A DNA stretch of 64,000 nt from Pecten maximus (taxonomy: Eukaryota), in NCBI RefSeq assembly GCF_902652985.1, contig NC_047027.1, forward strand, positions 21,886,001 to 21,950,000. Direction: 5' to 3'. The notes beneath the pieces are model-generated. The model had not been told where the DNA came from and ran no database searches. It was given only the letters and a program-made list of their open reading frames with translations. This document shows, one piece after another, positions 37,993-51,972 of this stretch. Each line of letters starts with the position of its first letter. Within the stretch, counting starts at the first letter, position 1. The translations under genes and the position numbers were made by a program.

Positions 37993-40900
37993 AAAAAAAT
38001 TCACTTAAAAGATGGTTTATATAGTAATTTATTTGATTGTGAAAATCAACTCTAAATTAATTGCATGTTTTATTTAGCACAATTGTGTATAAACTCTGAA
38101 TGATGATTTAATCATTGATCCCAAAATTATGAAATCTTTGTACTGTGACTATAGTTATTGTTGCCGATTTGCGCCCAGATTGACCACATGGTGGATCCCA
38201 GACTGACCACAGAAAATGACATTTGACCAACATCTGGGAGCTATTTTCTCCTAAAGACAATTTCGAACCATTGTTCACATAAAGATGACCGCCACAGCTG
38301 AGTCTATCAGGTACAACAAGAAGCCAACAAAAGGCTGCTCCCTGGAGGAGCTGGCTCTAACAATGGCCGACAAGTGCCCTACTATCGTCAGGTGTATGGA
38401 CTTGAAAAGATCAGAAAATATTAATCTCCAAGAACTACAAGAAATTAATGAACATTGACAGCGTATAAAAGTTACATGACAATAAAAGTCCATCTCGGAG
38501 GTATAAACGTCCCACAATCAGAGTGTCCGAGGCCAGTTTGATGACCGGTACGGACTCGGATGGTTTCATAGGAGACAACTTCATATGGGCAGGACAGATG
38601 TCAGGAATATTGAGAATTAAGTGTCCATCTTGTGCAGACTACAAATTGAGTACAACCAGAACAGGCACAGGACATAACAAAGCACTATAAACTTGTCGAT
38701 TTACGACTTTTACAAGTTCAGTCTCACCGAGACAGTTACGACGGTCGTCTGGGGTCCCCCTGGTCTAATTGTACATAACACAGGACGGGATGACGTGTGA
38801 GCGCTGGGGGTACGGGGCAATAAACGGAAGATCCTCCGAGGTTTAAGTCTCACAGCCGATGGAATAACGATCACTTTTTTGCAGAATTAATCAGATGATT
38901 ATGTGAAGACCTAATTGATGGAATAGCCACAACAATTTGGGGGTGGAAATATTGATCAAATAGCTATTATATGACAATTTCGGAAGGAAATATTGTAATT
39001 TTTATAAGGTTTTATAAAATATTGTTAAATATTGAAAAAGAGAACAATTTTGAACTGTGACAGAGATAATGATGTAGATGATGGGAGTGGAGAAGCAGGA
39101 GGGACATGAACAAAGGCGAAGGTTGCGTGGCGGGCGGACAGGGAGATCTAAGATTTATGTGTCGTCCTGTATATTAAGGGTATAGCGACCGGGGCTCACG
39201 CAAGCCACAGATTTATAATTATTCATTGTTCAAAAACAATGTCGCTAGGGTCTTAATCATTATGTCTCTGAAGAATGTGCTTGGCCTGTAATTAGCAGTG
39301 ACACCATCTTGCATGACATCAACCCACACGGCGACCGGGGTGAAGCACATGCTTGCACCTGACCACGAAACAGGGACTCAGGATAACCTTCACGAATCTG
39401 TTGTCATGTGACATCTTGCTTCTGTTGGGACTGGGACAATTGTAACTGTTAGGATGAGATTTTCGTTTCCATGTGGATTTTTTTTTTTTTTTTTTTAGCA
39501 AGGCACTTGTTTTGTTATGTAAGGTTCATGGGAATGAGGCATCGGTTTCTATGGATATAAAAACCTGGTTTCTCTTGGTTTTGAACTCTAGTGTCTGTGA
39601 GGTAAGGCCCCTTGGAATCGATCATGAAGCACAGGAATGCTATTTCTATCGGTATCAGACCTGGTTTCTATCCCTATGAAATAGGTGCTTCTTCCTGAGA
39701 CAGGCCCCTGAGATTTCCAAACATAAAATAACAATTTCTATGGCAAAATGATTCTTGTTTTCCCTTAATTCACTGATCATATAATGATTTAAAAAAATTG
39801 AGAAATCTTGAGTTAATGGGGATGTCGTATAGTGTTTTTTGTACTCTTACACTGTATAGAGTACCCAGACATTTCTCTGTCTGAGCTATTGCATGTGCTT
39901 GTCACCCGCATAACACTGTACGCATTTAGATGCAGCTTGGACATTTATACGCTGGACAAATCAAAGAGAATAATCTCGTTCAGACGGCTGTGTCGGCTTA
40001 TCTCCAGTTAAAGCAGCTATTGGGTGTTACGCCTGTAACACGTTTCCCATCATACTTAGAACTTCCTGCGGGTGGTCATTGTAACAGTTATTACTGCAGT
40101 TCCCTTTGAAATCGAGGGTCAAGTAAGTTCACAGTGTGTCGGCTGTTAAAATCCAGTCCGTTACTGAGAGGGAAGCGTGGGGAGAAAAACACCTCTCATA
40201 ATTCGTAATTAAAATAGCTGCATTGACTGAATGGTTGCATGTTGGATCTCATTTTCTGTTCACCGGATAATTGGCCGTCATTGGACTAGGCTCTGGACGG
40301 CAAATTTGAAAAATTGTCTGAAAAATGGCTGACATTTGTAATCAATCTGTCAAGTTTTACAGCATGTCCGACACTTTATGGAATAATATAACAAAATGGC
40401 TTCCTAATAGCTCCAATCTCCGCGATTTTTACCGGACATATTTGTCTCGACTGGAAGCACACAGCCACCTAAACTTTTAAAATTTTGCCAGGACATATTT
40501 GTCTTGTGTCAAAAAAGTCGGGAGATCAATGAATAGTTTGGTTATGGATTTGCCCCATACCAGCCTAAAGTCAAAACAGTCGACTTTAGTGTAATGTTTT
40601 ATCATTTTTCACGTTAATGTGTTATAGAATGAAATACAAACCTGCTATGAAAGTTAGTTGTTTATTATAAAACTAATAACACTTGAAAGGGCTATCAGTG
40701 ACTTGTGTATCAATAACATGATCATTTTCATTTTTTTATTCTTCAGAAAATGTGTACATGCTATAGTAATGCTGTTTGATATATGCCATGTCAGTTTTTA
40801 TCAGCAGGGCAAAAGAGACTCATTGAATGTCATCAGAAAATGCATCATAATTATAAACTGACAATTCATCTCACTTAAACACTCATCAAAAACTGTATGT

Positions 40901-43900
40901 GTGTTCGCTGAACACTTTTATTTGAAGTTTATTTTTGGGAAGTTACACAAACTGGATATAAATTGTGCACAAATTTGCCCAACCGTTTCAGTTTTTGCTC
41001 AATAATTGATCCCCTGACGACAACTTCAATGTTTTATATTGGCTCTGCTTAAAAAGTGATGGTTTCAATTCTACTAAAGCATTAGTACATGAACATGATT
41101 TTTAAATGTTTTAAAAAAGATTATATGTCAGAGTTTTATTTTTGAAAGTAGTTAATATTGCCATTAGAGTGAATGACTTCTTGTATTATAAGGTCTTATT
41201 AATAATACTGTAGATGAGATTTCAACAGGCCGCACATTGATAATACATTTTATCAGTTAGAATACCATATCCAGTAAGACCTTCCTTATAGTGACCATCT
41301 GAATAAGTGAGTCCCACCTGTCATATATGACCTTTCTTTCCCTTTGAAGGTCACATGTTACAGGGTTGACTACTATGTAAACATTTTTTTAATATAAAAA
41401 TGAGCTCATAGGTGAACAAATCGTGTGTGCCAGTGTAACAAATTTCGGGAAAACTAAATGAAGAAATATTGTACGATGTTATCACAGAATAATTGTTTCA
41501 TGAGGTAATGTAAGAGATAAGAGAAAACTGAAATAATGTTATTTGATTTTATCAGGAAGTAATTTATCACATATTACAAGCTTGTATACTAGATTCTTGT
41601 TTAAGTTTTTCCAGTTAATATATATGTCTGTATAATCTAAGAAATGGCACCATTTTCTGAAGTGTTCATTTCTGATTGGTCGAATTATGATGATGTTGAA
41701 ATTAATGTGTCAATAATTTTACAAGTTGTAAAAAAAGATACTTAAACTTTTGATGTAATATAATTAGACCATATCTCCAGATAGTATTAGAAAATATTTA
41801 TGATTAGTATAAAAGTTTTATCGACTACACCAGATGGATGTTTAAACTAACAAACCGTCTCTTAATTTTTTGCTAATACCTTTCTGTTCCAATGGTGGAC
41901 TTGGTTTGGGTTACATTTTAATTTTGCGGAGATTTGATATTTTGCCGAATTTTTATTGTTTTGAACTGCTTTCACACTACAAGGCCTTTCACTTCAAAGT
42001 TAGTTTTTGTGGACCTTATTTTTAAATTCAATTACCAAACTGATTTATGCTGATAGATTAAATGTTTCAATAGCATTTCTAACGACTGGAGTATAATTCA
42101 GGGCTGGGAATGTGGAGAATGTTACGAGAAAAATTATAGGATTCGCTTTTACCCTACATATATAGATTTTAAAACAGATGAAACAAATGAGTTTTTATCT
42201 TAGTTTTACTGAAAATTTGATAAGAAAGGTGAGTGTCTTAAGCAAATAGGAATTAAACAAATTTAGTAATTTGATAAACTGTATCTTCAGACCTTTGTAA
42301 ACACTGTAGTGCCGCTATATAAAAGCACTTGTACACAAATTGAAACATATGAAAAGTTCCTTAACCTCATTATAATCTGCCGATATAATCTGCAGTCTTT
42401 TAACTCATCGGAGAAATAAGCAAAAAATCTTGCAATGAATTCAATCAGAAATTCTTTTACTTAATATGTAGTATTTTGGCTGGATATTGTAGAGAGTTTT
42501 CAAATGTTTTTGTTAGAATCAAATTTTTCGGTCAGTTTAGACAGAAATCCTTTTAAGACAGTAACTGGATTAGACAGTGGTGCTCTGCTCTGTATACACT
42601 CTGGTGAATTTGAGTGAACACAAGTATTATTATATATGCATGGTGAATTCTGTCACCAGCCTTCAAAGGTCAAATGATACAAGCTTAACTGATTTTAGCC
42701 ATATATACTTATCATATGTCTATATATATCTATATATATATATCCTTTCTTAACTGAAAATGACTCCGAACAAAACCCAAGTCATTGTAACGTTTTTAAG
42801 TGTCTGGGTTTAATGATACATAGCCTTTGAACGATACATATTTCGACCTTGTAGAAAACTCTCCAAAACTCTCCAAGTACATCTCAAGGAGTTGACAAGT
42901 ACGTTCAGTTTAAACTAGGTTTTCTCAATTTAACAGGATTTAGCGTGAAAGGTCTTTGGACCTACAGGAGGGTGACATTATTGTAGAACTATAACACTAC
43001 GCGTGAAACAGATTTGTTAAAATCGGCTGAAACATGTAAGTAATTGGTGTCTAGACCAGTTGCTACCAAGATCCAATCTACATTTGACATTGTAATCGAC
43101 TGTAGAGTTTTGAAGTGGTGCGACATTGCAAACAGCTACCACTAACATATAAACTTGCGGATTACAATCTTTTCAAGGATACAAGGGGCTTTTCCTGGCC
43201 TGATGGTTTGTGTTCCTTAAGTACATGACAATTTTTATGTTCTGAATGATACAAGAGGCCATGTAGGGTGCATCGAAGTGTTTCTCTGGTGCTCGAAAAT
43301 CTTGTCTTTGCAATGATACAAGGGGCCTTACAGAAATGGATGTTGGCATTCCAGAACTACTTGACAACTGAGTGTTTAGTGTGAGTTTAGCTCAATAAAC
43401 TTGTGAATTTGGTTGTAAACAGACACTTTCTTTCGTTTGTAGTTTCCTCGCAAGATTAAATATTTATTTCGTGTTAAAGTAAATATTGATCTATACACAG
43501 CGGCATGTTCAGATTCTGCGTGCTGCTATCTCCAACCTCTACATCATTGCATCATAAATTTACTTCTCTGTAGAATTTGATGATTATTGAAAAGGTGTAC
43601 TCTACCTGTAGAGACAGATAAAGCTTTATTGGAAAAACTGTTAGGTCACGCCATGCTAACATACATGTACAGTGTCTACGTATACGTTCTTTCGTATGTT
43701 TTACATACTATCAATCCCTGCTCCCCCAACCCGCTGCATCACAAAAAAGGAACCATGCACAACAGAACGAAAAAAAAAAAAAAATAATCAAGATGTCTAT
43801 TTTAAGTTTAAAGAGTTTCAACAAAATAAATTATGAAAAACTTATCATCCTTGATTTGGTCTGAGATAATAAAAAATAAGGTAGCGTTTATTTATATAAT

Positions 43901-45522
43901 TGTTTGAAGTAGAGAGCGGAACGTTTCAGGTAAAAGACACGATAAACAGATTAAGCTGGGGTCATCTGTCGCTATTTCATTTCAGTCGTACTCGGTTGAT
44001 ATATTGAACATTGACATTTCAAGCTTCTCCGAGACCATGAACACGATGCCAATTAAAAGATAGGCGTGCAAGATCTTTATAGTTGTGTAAACAAATCTTG
44101 CCGACAGTCACAATTGTAAAGGTGTACGGTAATTGAAAAAAAAATCAGAATTAAATTGTTATCAATAATCTGCGGATGTGGAACACTTTGCTATTGTACA
44201 CCAGTATTAAATGTCTGGAGGGCTGAGGTGTAAGGGACTAAAACTTTGGAAGTTTTATTAGTAATCAGACGGTCGAGTGTTAGGTATAAGAGTTGTTTTG
44301 TAGCCCGAGGTGGGTTTTTTTTTTACTACAGAGGAAGTCCTTTCTCTATAAACAGCTATTTTCTCTTTCAGGATATTGACAAATCTGTTTAATTGAAATG
44401 TAAAGTTCATGTGGTCTTTGTTGTGTGGTAAAAAGGCAGAGAACATATACTTCTATTGATGTTGTTGATATGTGGAGAGATTTTTTTTTGGGGGGGGGGG
44501 GGGGAGGGGAGGCACAACAAGTGGGAAACCTAGAGGAAAACTTGGGATTCAGCTTAAGTTTGATAGATAAAGATCTTCGTTGCATGCAATTTTGTGATAT
44601 ATGATAATGAAGCTGTACAAATGAAATAAAGAATCTGATGGGGTGTTGAAGGCTGTAGAAACGGTAATTGTATAACATACTAGGTTTGTAGATTCTGGTG
44701 TATATTATAAAAGGATAAAATCAGTATTTCTTTCTTTAAACTCAGTGCAAAGAAACTCGATCTATTGATGTTTAAGAGAAACTTTGATAATAATTATGCT
44801 TATTGAGTAATATATAAGTTACAATAGTGTTGTGTATTGTTGGGTGAAGGTGTCGATTTTACGCATTTGTTTATTATGACCCATTTCTCGAGGTGATAAT
44901 GATATTTTGTAGAAAATCATGTATTTTTCTCGCTTGATAAAACTGTAATATATTTTTCAGTCAATTGATATTATCAGCATCAAAGATGTGTACTGTTCCG
45001 GTACATTTAAAATTGTGGCTAAGTAGCTAGTAAGACCAGGTGTTCACAGGTAGCTAACGAGTTAAAATCGCAGGTGTTACATTTAGTTACAATGTTGTAG
45101 TGTAACTCTTTCACCTGGGCAAGCATAAATCATAAACATACATACCGACCCAATTTGGAAATTGTTAGTCATACAACAAATATGTCACCTATTTTATGAT
45201 TATTAATAAAAAAATGAATTAATTTGATCATGGTTATAAAAAAATTGAGATTGTTAGATTTTATAAAGGTATTGGTTTACACAAGTTTAAGGTTATATTG
45301 TAAATTTTCTGAGGAAAGTAAAATGATGTTTTTCTCCTGTTGATCGACAATTAACAATATCAACTATTTCCTCACAGTCTAAAGGAGAAGATAAATTATC
45401 AAAATTGTGTTTAACAAGTACATGTGTTTGACAATCCTTTGTATGCCAGAAGAACAATTTTGTGACAAACATGGGCAGAATATTTAATATAGTGTACATT
45501 AGTCAAACTGAATATTGTGTTG

Positions 45523-45712
45523 AGGAGAAACAGAAAATTGTACAGAATCTTATACTTGTGAGAAACAGAATCTTATACCTCAGAGAAACAGAATCTAATA
45601 CTTGTGAGAAACAGAATATTATACCTTGGAGAAACAGAATCTTACACTCTGGAGAAACAGAATCTTATACTTGGGAGAAATAGAATCTTATCCTTGGGAG
45701 AAACAGAATTTG
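45523..45712. repeat. Minisatellite, 23 bp unit (~8 copies)
   Basis: Unit GAGAAACAGAATCTTATACTTGT; period 23 at 45560/45583. Confidence 0.9.
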
Positions 45713-48385
45713 AATCATATACTTTGGAGTTACAGTATATTGTACTTTAGTGAAACAGAATATTGTACCTGCCAATCCACATTGATATTCTTCAGGTACT
45801 CATATTTTCTCCCACAGTATGACCCCCGCGAGGTTCCACTTGGCCAACATAAGTGATAAATATCATTTGATATATTTGTAAATTTTGTTAATTAAATGAA
45901 AGGTAAGACTTACAATTGCAAGTGACCATCAATCTTCTGTATTGTTACAATTTATCATTGCTAACTGTGATCTTTTCCTTTGTATAAATAAACATATTAT
46001 TTGATGTCAGGGATAGCCCAACATCTACTGAGACCTGAGATTTGTACAGTGATACATTCTGCTCCCATATTTCACCCTTCTTCATGGTGGCTAATGAAAC
46101 CAAGATTTTGCTATGATATATATATATGATTGTGTAAGAGTTTTCATTTTTCACTTTCATCTGAATCAGATATGTCACCTGCAAAAGTGTGTCCATCTAT
46201 CACAGGTCACTTTCAAGTTGCTAACTAATGAGAGATTTTCTTTAGATATCAAGTCCAAAGGTGTTTAAGGTATTCTCAGATCTTGTCATAAGTCCTCTAT
46301 CATGCTCATGGTCATCATTACATGTATATGTCCAAACACAATAGGACCCGGACTGACCATGCTTGACCGTTCTTGTGCTTACTGAAGGTCGACCACCTCT
46401 ATTTTACCTGAGAAACATTTCAGTGCATGACTCTGAACTCGTTACAGGTGAGATCGTGGAAACAACAGGTAGATTGTAGTTTGTTACCAACTTAAACCAT
46501 ATCCAGTGACCAATAAATTAGCTGGTATATTAGAAGGTAAAGCACAGAGATTTATTTAAATTCTCGCTTAAAAATAACATTAAAATTTTATTAAAATGTA
46601 CAAAAATTGAAAAGTGAACATTTTTAAAAGTCATAAACATTTATGTAACTCTTACCGGTAATAGTATGTACATATAGGTAGAGATATGGAGTTTTGAATG
46701 AGAAGGAAATGTGTCAGTGAAGAAAGTTTTTATGATGTACGGATATAGGGGACAGACGATGCTAAGGGGCATATTCTGTCGTACACTTGAAACTATAAAA
46801 CATTACATGGCCTCACCTGTAGACTTTTTACCTGTACTGTTGCCTTTGAAGCTGCAGGCAGAATTGCAGGTAGGACAAAAGACGTAAGGATACAGTGAGG
46901 AAATTCAATGATGCATGACAATTTCACAGTCCATTAAATGTTGATCTTGCTTCATAGAGTCATCAGCCTGAGGATAGCGATTTCTACAACAGGAGTGAGA
47001 AACTGTGATCTTATCAGGGTAGGTCAATTCTCTCCCTATTGTACTGGTCAGTGAGGCTATCATTACAATCAGATTACGGACACTTGTCAGTCCAAATCAC
47101 CATTTGTCAAAACGGAGGCGTTATTATGGACACCTTGTCAGGTAAAAATTGCAGTTCGTTGAGGAAACATGTTGTTATGGACAAAGTAGAACAGGTAGAG
47201 GTGTTATTATGCTGAGGACAAATTCTCAGGTGATGGTCATTGATTACATATATCTGGACATACTGACCAGTGATAATCGGGCCACTGACCGATGAGGATA
47301 TATATTATAAAGGTCACATGTGCTGCGTATATTTCACAGTAGATAGAAAAGAAGGTAGGTTTATTGCGATATACAGAGATTAGCTGGTGTGGCTTGGAAT
47401 TTAGCTCTGTATTACAAAGGAACCGGATCCTTAACATGGAGTTTGATTCAGAACTGTTTTAAAATTCTCTGTAATTGGAGAATTCTTTCAAACTTGGACT
47501 TAGATGAACTTATATCAATATACATATATATATATATATACTGTAATATGTTTATCTTTCTATCGGGGGCCCAATTCATTTTGCAATAATATTACTCATC
47601 TACCCTGTAATGTCATTATAGACTATCCTATTACATTGGTGTTGATCAGTCCACTATTGTCAATAGGGGTACACATTAATTGATCAATATTTATAATTGA
47701 CCAGGGATAGCTGAGTAAGAACATTCTGATTAGTATGTTGTAATTTATTACCTGGGTCCTCGTTAATTTTTTTGTAGCGGTCTATTGTTAGCTGGTGTTT
47801 TGACGTAAGCTGTTCACGGTTTGGTTGGCCGAGATCATGTTGAAGTCTGGGTGTAAACTCTAGAATACTTTAAGGTATTCTGACATACACTGTATATACC
47901 TGCTTGGATAACGAGGGACTTTAAAAACCTACCTGTATTTTTGTTAACGAGCGAGCTTTAAATTGACCAGGTGAGGGGTATTATTGGTTAAGCTAGACAC
48001 TTCCTAATGCGATTGTATTACCAACATTTACATAAAGAAAAAAGCTCTATACCAGAAATGTTTGTAACATTGAGTAACAAGCAGATTTATGTAGGAAGAG
48101 TATAATGTGTTTGTATAGTACACTGGACAAGGAGGTACTGGTCAGTTTACCGGTCACTTTATCAGCTGACCAGGTTTTTGTTGGAATTACAAAAAAGTCT
48201 GACTTTTATCTGAAGTATAAACAAATTTGAATCCACGAAGGCGTTAAAAATCACGTTTTCCTTTTGGATTGATGATTAGCAGGAATTATAATTTATCAGG
48301 TAAGTTTTGACAGGTATTTATTTTTACCTGACAAGTATTTGTTTACTAATCAGTGTAAATCAGTAGATTTTTGTGTGCTTTACAG

Positions 48386-48739
48386 TGGAGAATAATCCCG
48401 AGATTATACCTCAGAAAACCCCATTGGTTAGTGGTGTAATATTGCGTAACTGATGGTTTGGTTTCTTGTCATACCTTTGTCAGGGTTGTGTAGCTGTCTG
48501 TCCCACGAATACAGCCAGTATGAGTGTATGGAGCGTATTTATCATCTGGACTTATCAATCTTTGATGAACATGGAATACCAAGAGATTTGTGGTTTGTGA
48601 TTGATTTTTTATGGCAAACCGACATTTGATTTTTTATGACAAGCCGACATTTTCTTTATTTTGATGACCTGTACAAGTTTGTGGACTACCTGGATATCAA
48701 TCATTGTGTTTTTACCTGGATTTTGATTTCTGTATCGAG
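48386..48739 (+). other. Putative non-coding (5' UTR) exon
   Basis: Acceptor TTTTTGTGTGCTTTACAG| (48385), alternative TTGTCATACCTTTGTCAG| (48483); strong donor GAG|GTAAGA at 48739/48740; no long ORF. Confidence 0.5.
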
Positions 48740-51419
48740 GTAAGAATCTGTTTCCTGTGGAGTTTTAGTTCGCAACATTTCATCTTTACCTTTTTATACG
48801 CAATTTTATGTATGTGCTCCCCAGTCTATTTTGTACCTGTACACATGTTTTAGGTGCCCAATCCTCTCAGTCCCATTTCTATCTTACCTGTCTTTAAGTC
48901 TGTCCGATACTCTGTATCTTGTCTTCATTGATTAAGACTGTCAGCTGTAGTTTATTTAATGTTTTACATATCTGATACGCTGACAGGAGATTTATTTTAT
49001 TATTTCAATCTGCGAAAATACCTGTGTTAACGAGAAAAAATACACATAAATCAGGCGAATGTGTTGATGTATGGAAATCACGAGGGATTACCAAACAAAA
49101 CACACCATGTCCAGGTTGTGCCGTAAAGATGGAGTCTTCAAACAGTTCCGTGTCATACAAATCAGGATTACTTATAAAAATATTGCAAGTGGATTGATCA
49201 TTGGAAGATTATCTAAATAAAGAACTTCACACAAAAGAAGGTGAACGATTTCTAGTTCACCAGTTACATCTGCCTAAGTTTCATGAATAGTCCATATCAT
49301 CGAAAAATTCATTTATTTATGTTTTTTTCTTCTATTTCGAGTTTTGATGTGTTCAAGTATCACAGAGTAATGTCTTACATAGGCATGAGAATTTTCAGAT
49401 AAAAATCTGATTTCAGATTTTTTTCTCATGTTGGCTGTTAATTTTGATATTTCATCTTAGAAAACACGCTACAAATTGGGATTTCAGACGTATTAACATT
49501 CAGCAGCTCTCATCCCTGCTTATACTGGAAAACCTTCAGAACTGGAAAGTGAAAATTAAGCTAAAGAACATTTATTGCGGATTGGTTTTTCATGTGATTG
49601 TACCAATTTTATCTTCAGCACTTAAGTTACTCAAATACGGAATTTTAATGGTCACACCTGTCGTTAATATCGACCGACGGCCAGGTAAGTTAACTAACTA
49701 ATGGCGGATTAATGATTAGAAACTTGTGATGAAAGAAATTCAGATATTGCTATAATTACAAATAATTATGATTTGAATAAGAATTACTTGGCGTTATTAC
49801 TGGTTAAACGGTTATTGATGTTTGATGATATAGAAAAGTCTGGTCTAACTTGTGCGGGATTTCCAATTTCGTTTATTTGTTTTCGGTGTGTTTATGGATG
49901 AAGAGTGTTTGTTTTAAGGCGGTAATGAAAGGTGTCATGAAATATATTTGTACAGAACAAGAATCCCTTTCAAAATGCACAGACAGTTATTGAATAGGAG
50001 TTACCCTAACAGTTAGGGTTGTATCGGAGGTTTTTGTAGTTATTTGTTACGATGTTAAGCTGAGTACTATTTACATTAAGAGAAATTGATAAACATTAGA
50101 AAGAATCGATCAATAACTGTCACTCATAACGGAGCGAGATAAAATCTGCCGGGATTACTGATGTACTTCATGTGATTTCCAGTATAAAAGATCTCCAATG
50201 CATGGACGCCTTCAGTCGATAATTATTTGTTCGTATAAAATTCTATTTATGCAGTATAATTAATAGTGTTGATGAGAGTGGTCCCTCATGTAACACAAGG
50301 TAAGAATGGTTGTAGAATGGGGGTGCGAGTTCAAATTCAAACTGAAGTGTGACAGGTCAAACGAGTGATAATTGAAAGTCATAACCGTCATTACTGAGTC
50401 AGCTGCAAGACAATATTAACGAAGTGTCGATTTCACACACTGGTACAGACACAGGTTTGAATCCTGGGAAGAGACCTTGGAAGAAACCCTTAAAATTCAA
50501 TTGTATATCGATCTGAATGATTTTCATGCAAACATAAGAAAATTGAAATAGGCGAAGTATCATTGTCTGATTCAGATATATGTTTGTATGTAAGTTTTCT
50601 TTTTTTTTTTATACTTCTGTGATGTGTGGTTGCAGTAATTCTTGGTTAAGGACTAAAGGTCATAGGTCAGAGGTTAGATCTGGGTAAAATGTTATTATGT
50701 CTGCAGCATATTTTTAGTGGGCTTAAAGGTCATGGGTTAGAGGTGAAAGGGTATTATGAAGAGGCTGCTGTATATTTTTCATCGGATAAAATGTCATGGG
50801 TTGGAGGTTAGAGGTGAAACATTATTATGGATTGTCTGCTGTGGTTTTGGTTGGATTAAAGGTCATGGGTTAGAGGTTAGGGGTAAAAGGTTACACAGAA
50901 TTAGGATTTGATGAGTAAGAAATGATGACAGGATATAGAGATGTTTTGTTTGACAATCCCAAAATACTGTATTGAAAAAAAAAGAAGAAAAAAGATTTTG
51001 GATGACAATATGGTATTGTCAGGAATTCTACAACAGATTGACTTCATGTTTTATCTTACCAATGTGACAAATACACCATTACTGCTCGTCACAAACTGAT
51101 CTAATGAAAGCTTGAAGATTCCAACAGACATCGAGCAGATCCCATATGGCTGGCAGAGATAACAAACCAGTAGAGAATACATGTTAAATAGCTGTCTGTA
51201 AGTGCTCAGATGTGCATGTGCGGTGCAGTCATTACACAATGGTCGCGGCCTACTGAGGAACATATCGGTTTGTTTTTCTCCCATGTTTCTCCATTGTTAA
51301 GAACCTAAGTACAATATTGCCTTTATTTTTCTGTTGTCTAATTAATTCTCCCCTCTGTCTGACCCTGAGCTGCTAAAACCTTAACTGAGAGGTGCATGGA
51401 TGGAATAAGTTTAGATATG

Positions 51420-51972
51420 AATATAGTGTCAGTATAAGATTTGATTGTACAAATAGTGTCCGTATACCAAGGTTGTATTGTACAAATCTTGTCATATAAC
51501 AAGGTTTTATTGTACAAATCTTGTCAGTATAACAAGGTTTTATTGTACAAATAGTGTCAGTGTAACAAGGTTTTATTGTACAAATCTTGTCAGTATAACA
51601 AGGTTTTATTGTACAAATAGTGTCAGTATAACAAGGTTTTATTGTACAAATCTTGTCTGTATTACAAGGTTTTATTGTACAAATCTTGTCTGTATACCAA
51701 GGTTGTATTGTACAAATCTTGTCTGTATTACAAGGTTTTATTGTACAAATCTTGTCAGTATTACAAGGTTTTATTGTACAAATAGTGTCAGCATAACAAG
51801 GTTTTATTGTACAAATAGTGTCAGCATAACAAGGTTTTATTGTACAAATATTGTCAGTGTAACAAGGTTTTATTGTACAAATAGTGTCAGTATACCAAGG
51901 TTTTATTGTACAAATCTTGTCTGTATTACAAGGTTTTATTGTACAAATCTTGTCTGTATTACAAGGTTTATG
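51420..51972. repeat. Minisatellite, 33 bp unit (~16 copies)
   Basis: Unit TACAAATCTTGTCAGTATAACAAGGTTTTATTG; the 166 aa TRFYCTNLVSI ORF is a read-through. Confidence 0.96.

Noticed and set aside
38285-38458. 57 aa ORF MTATAESIRYNKKPTKGCSLEELAL... with coding-like composition
   Set aside because: No recognisable homology and no convincing splice sites; a TE fragment or small ORF cannot be excluded without a search.
50022-50890. TTAGGG-like motifs (ACCCTAACAGTTAGGGT; GGGTTAGAGGTTAGGGG) as interstitial telomere
   Set aside because: No tandem TTAGGG run; better explained as part of the AGGTYA cluster and a short palindrome.
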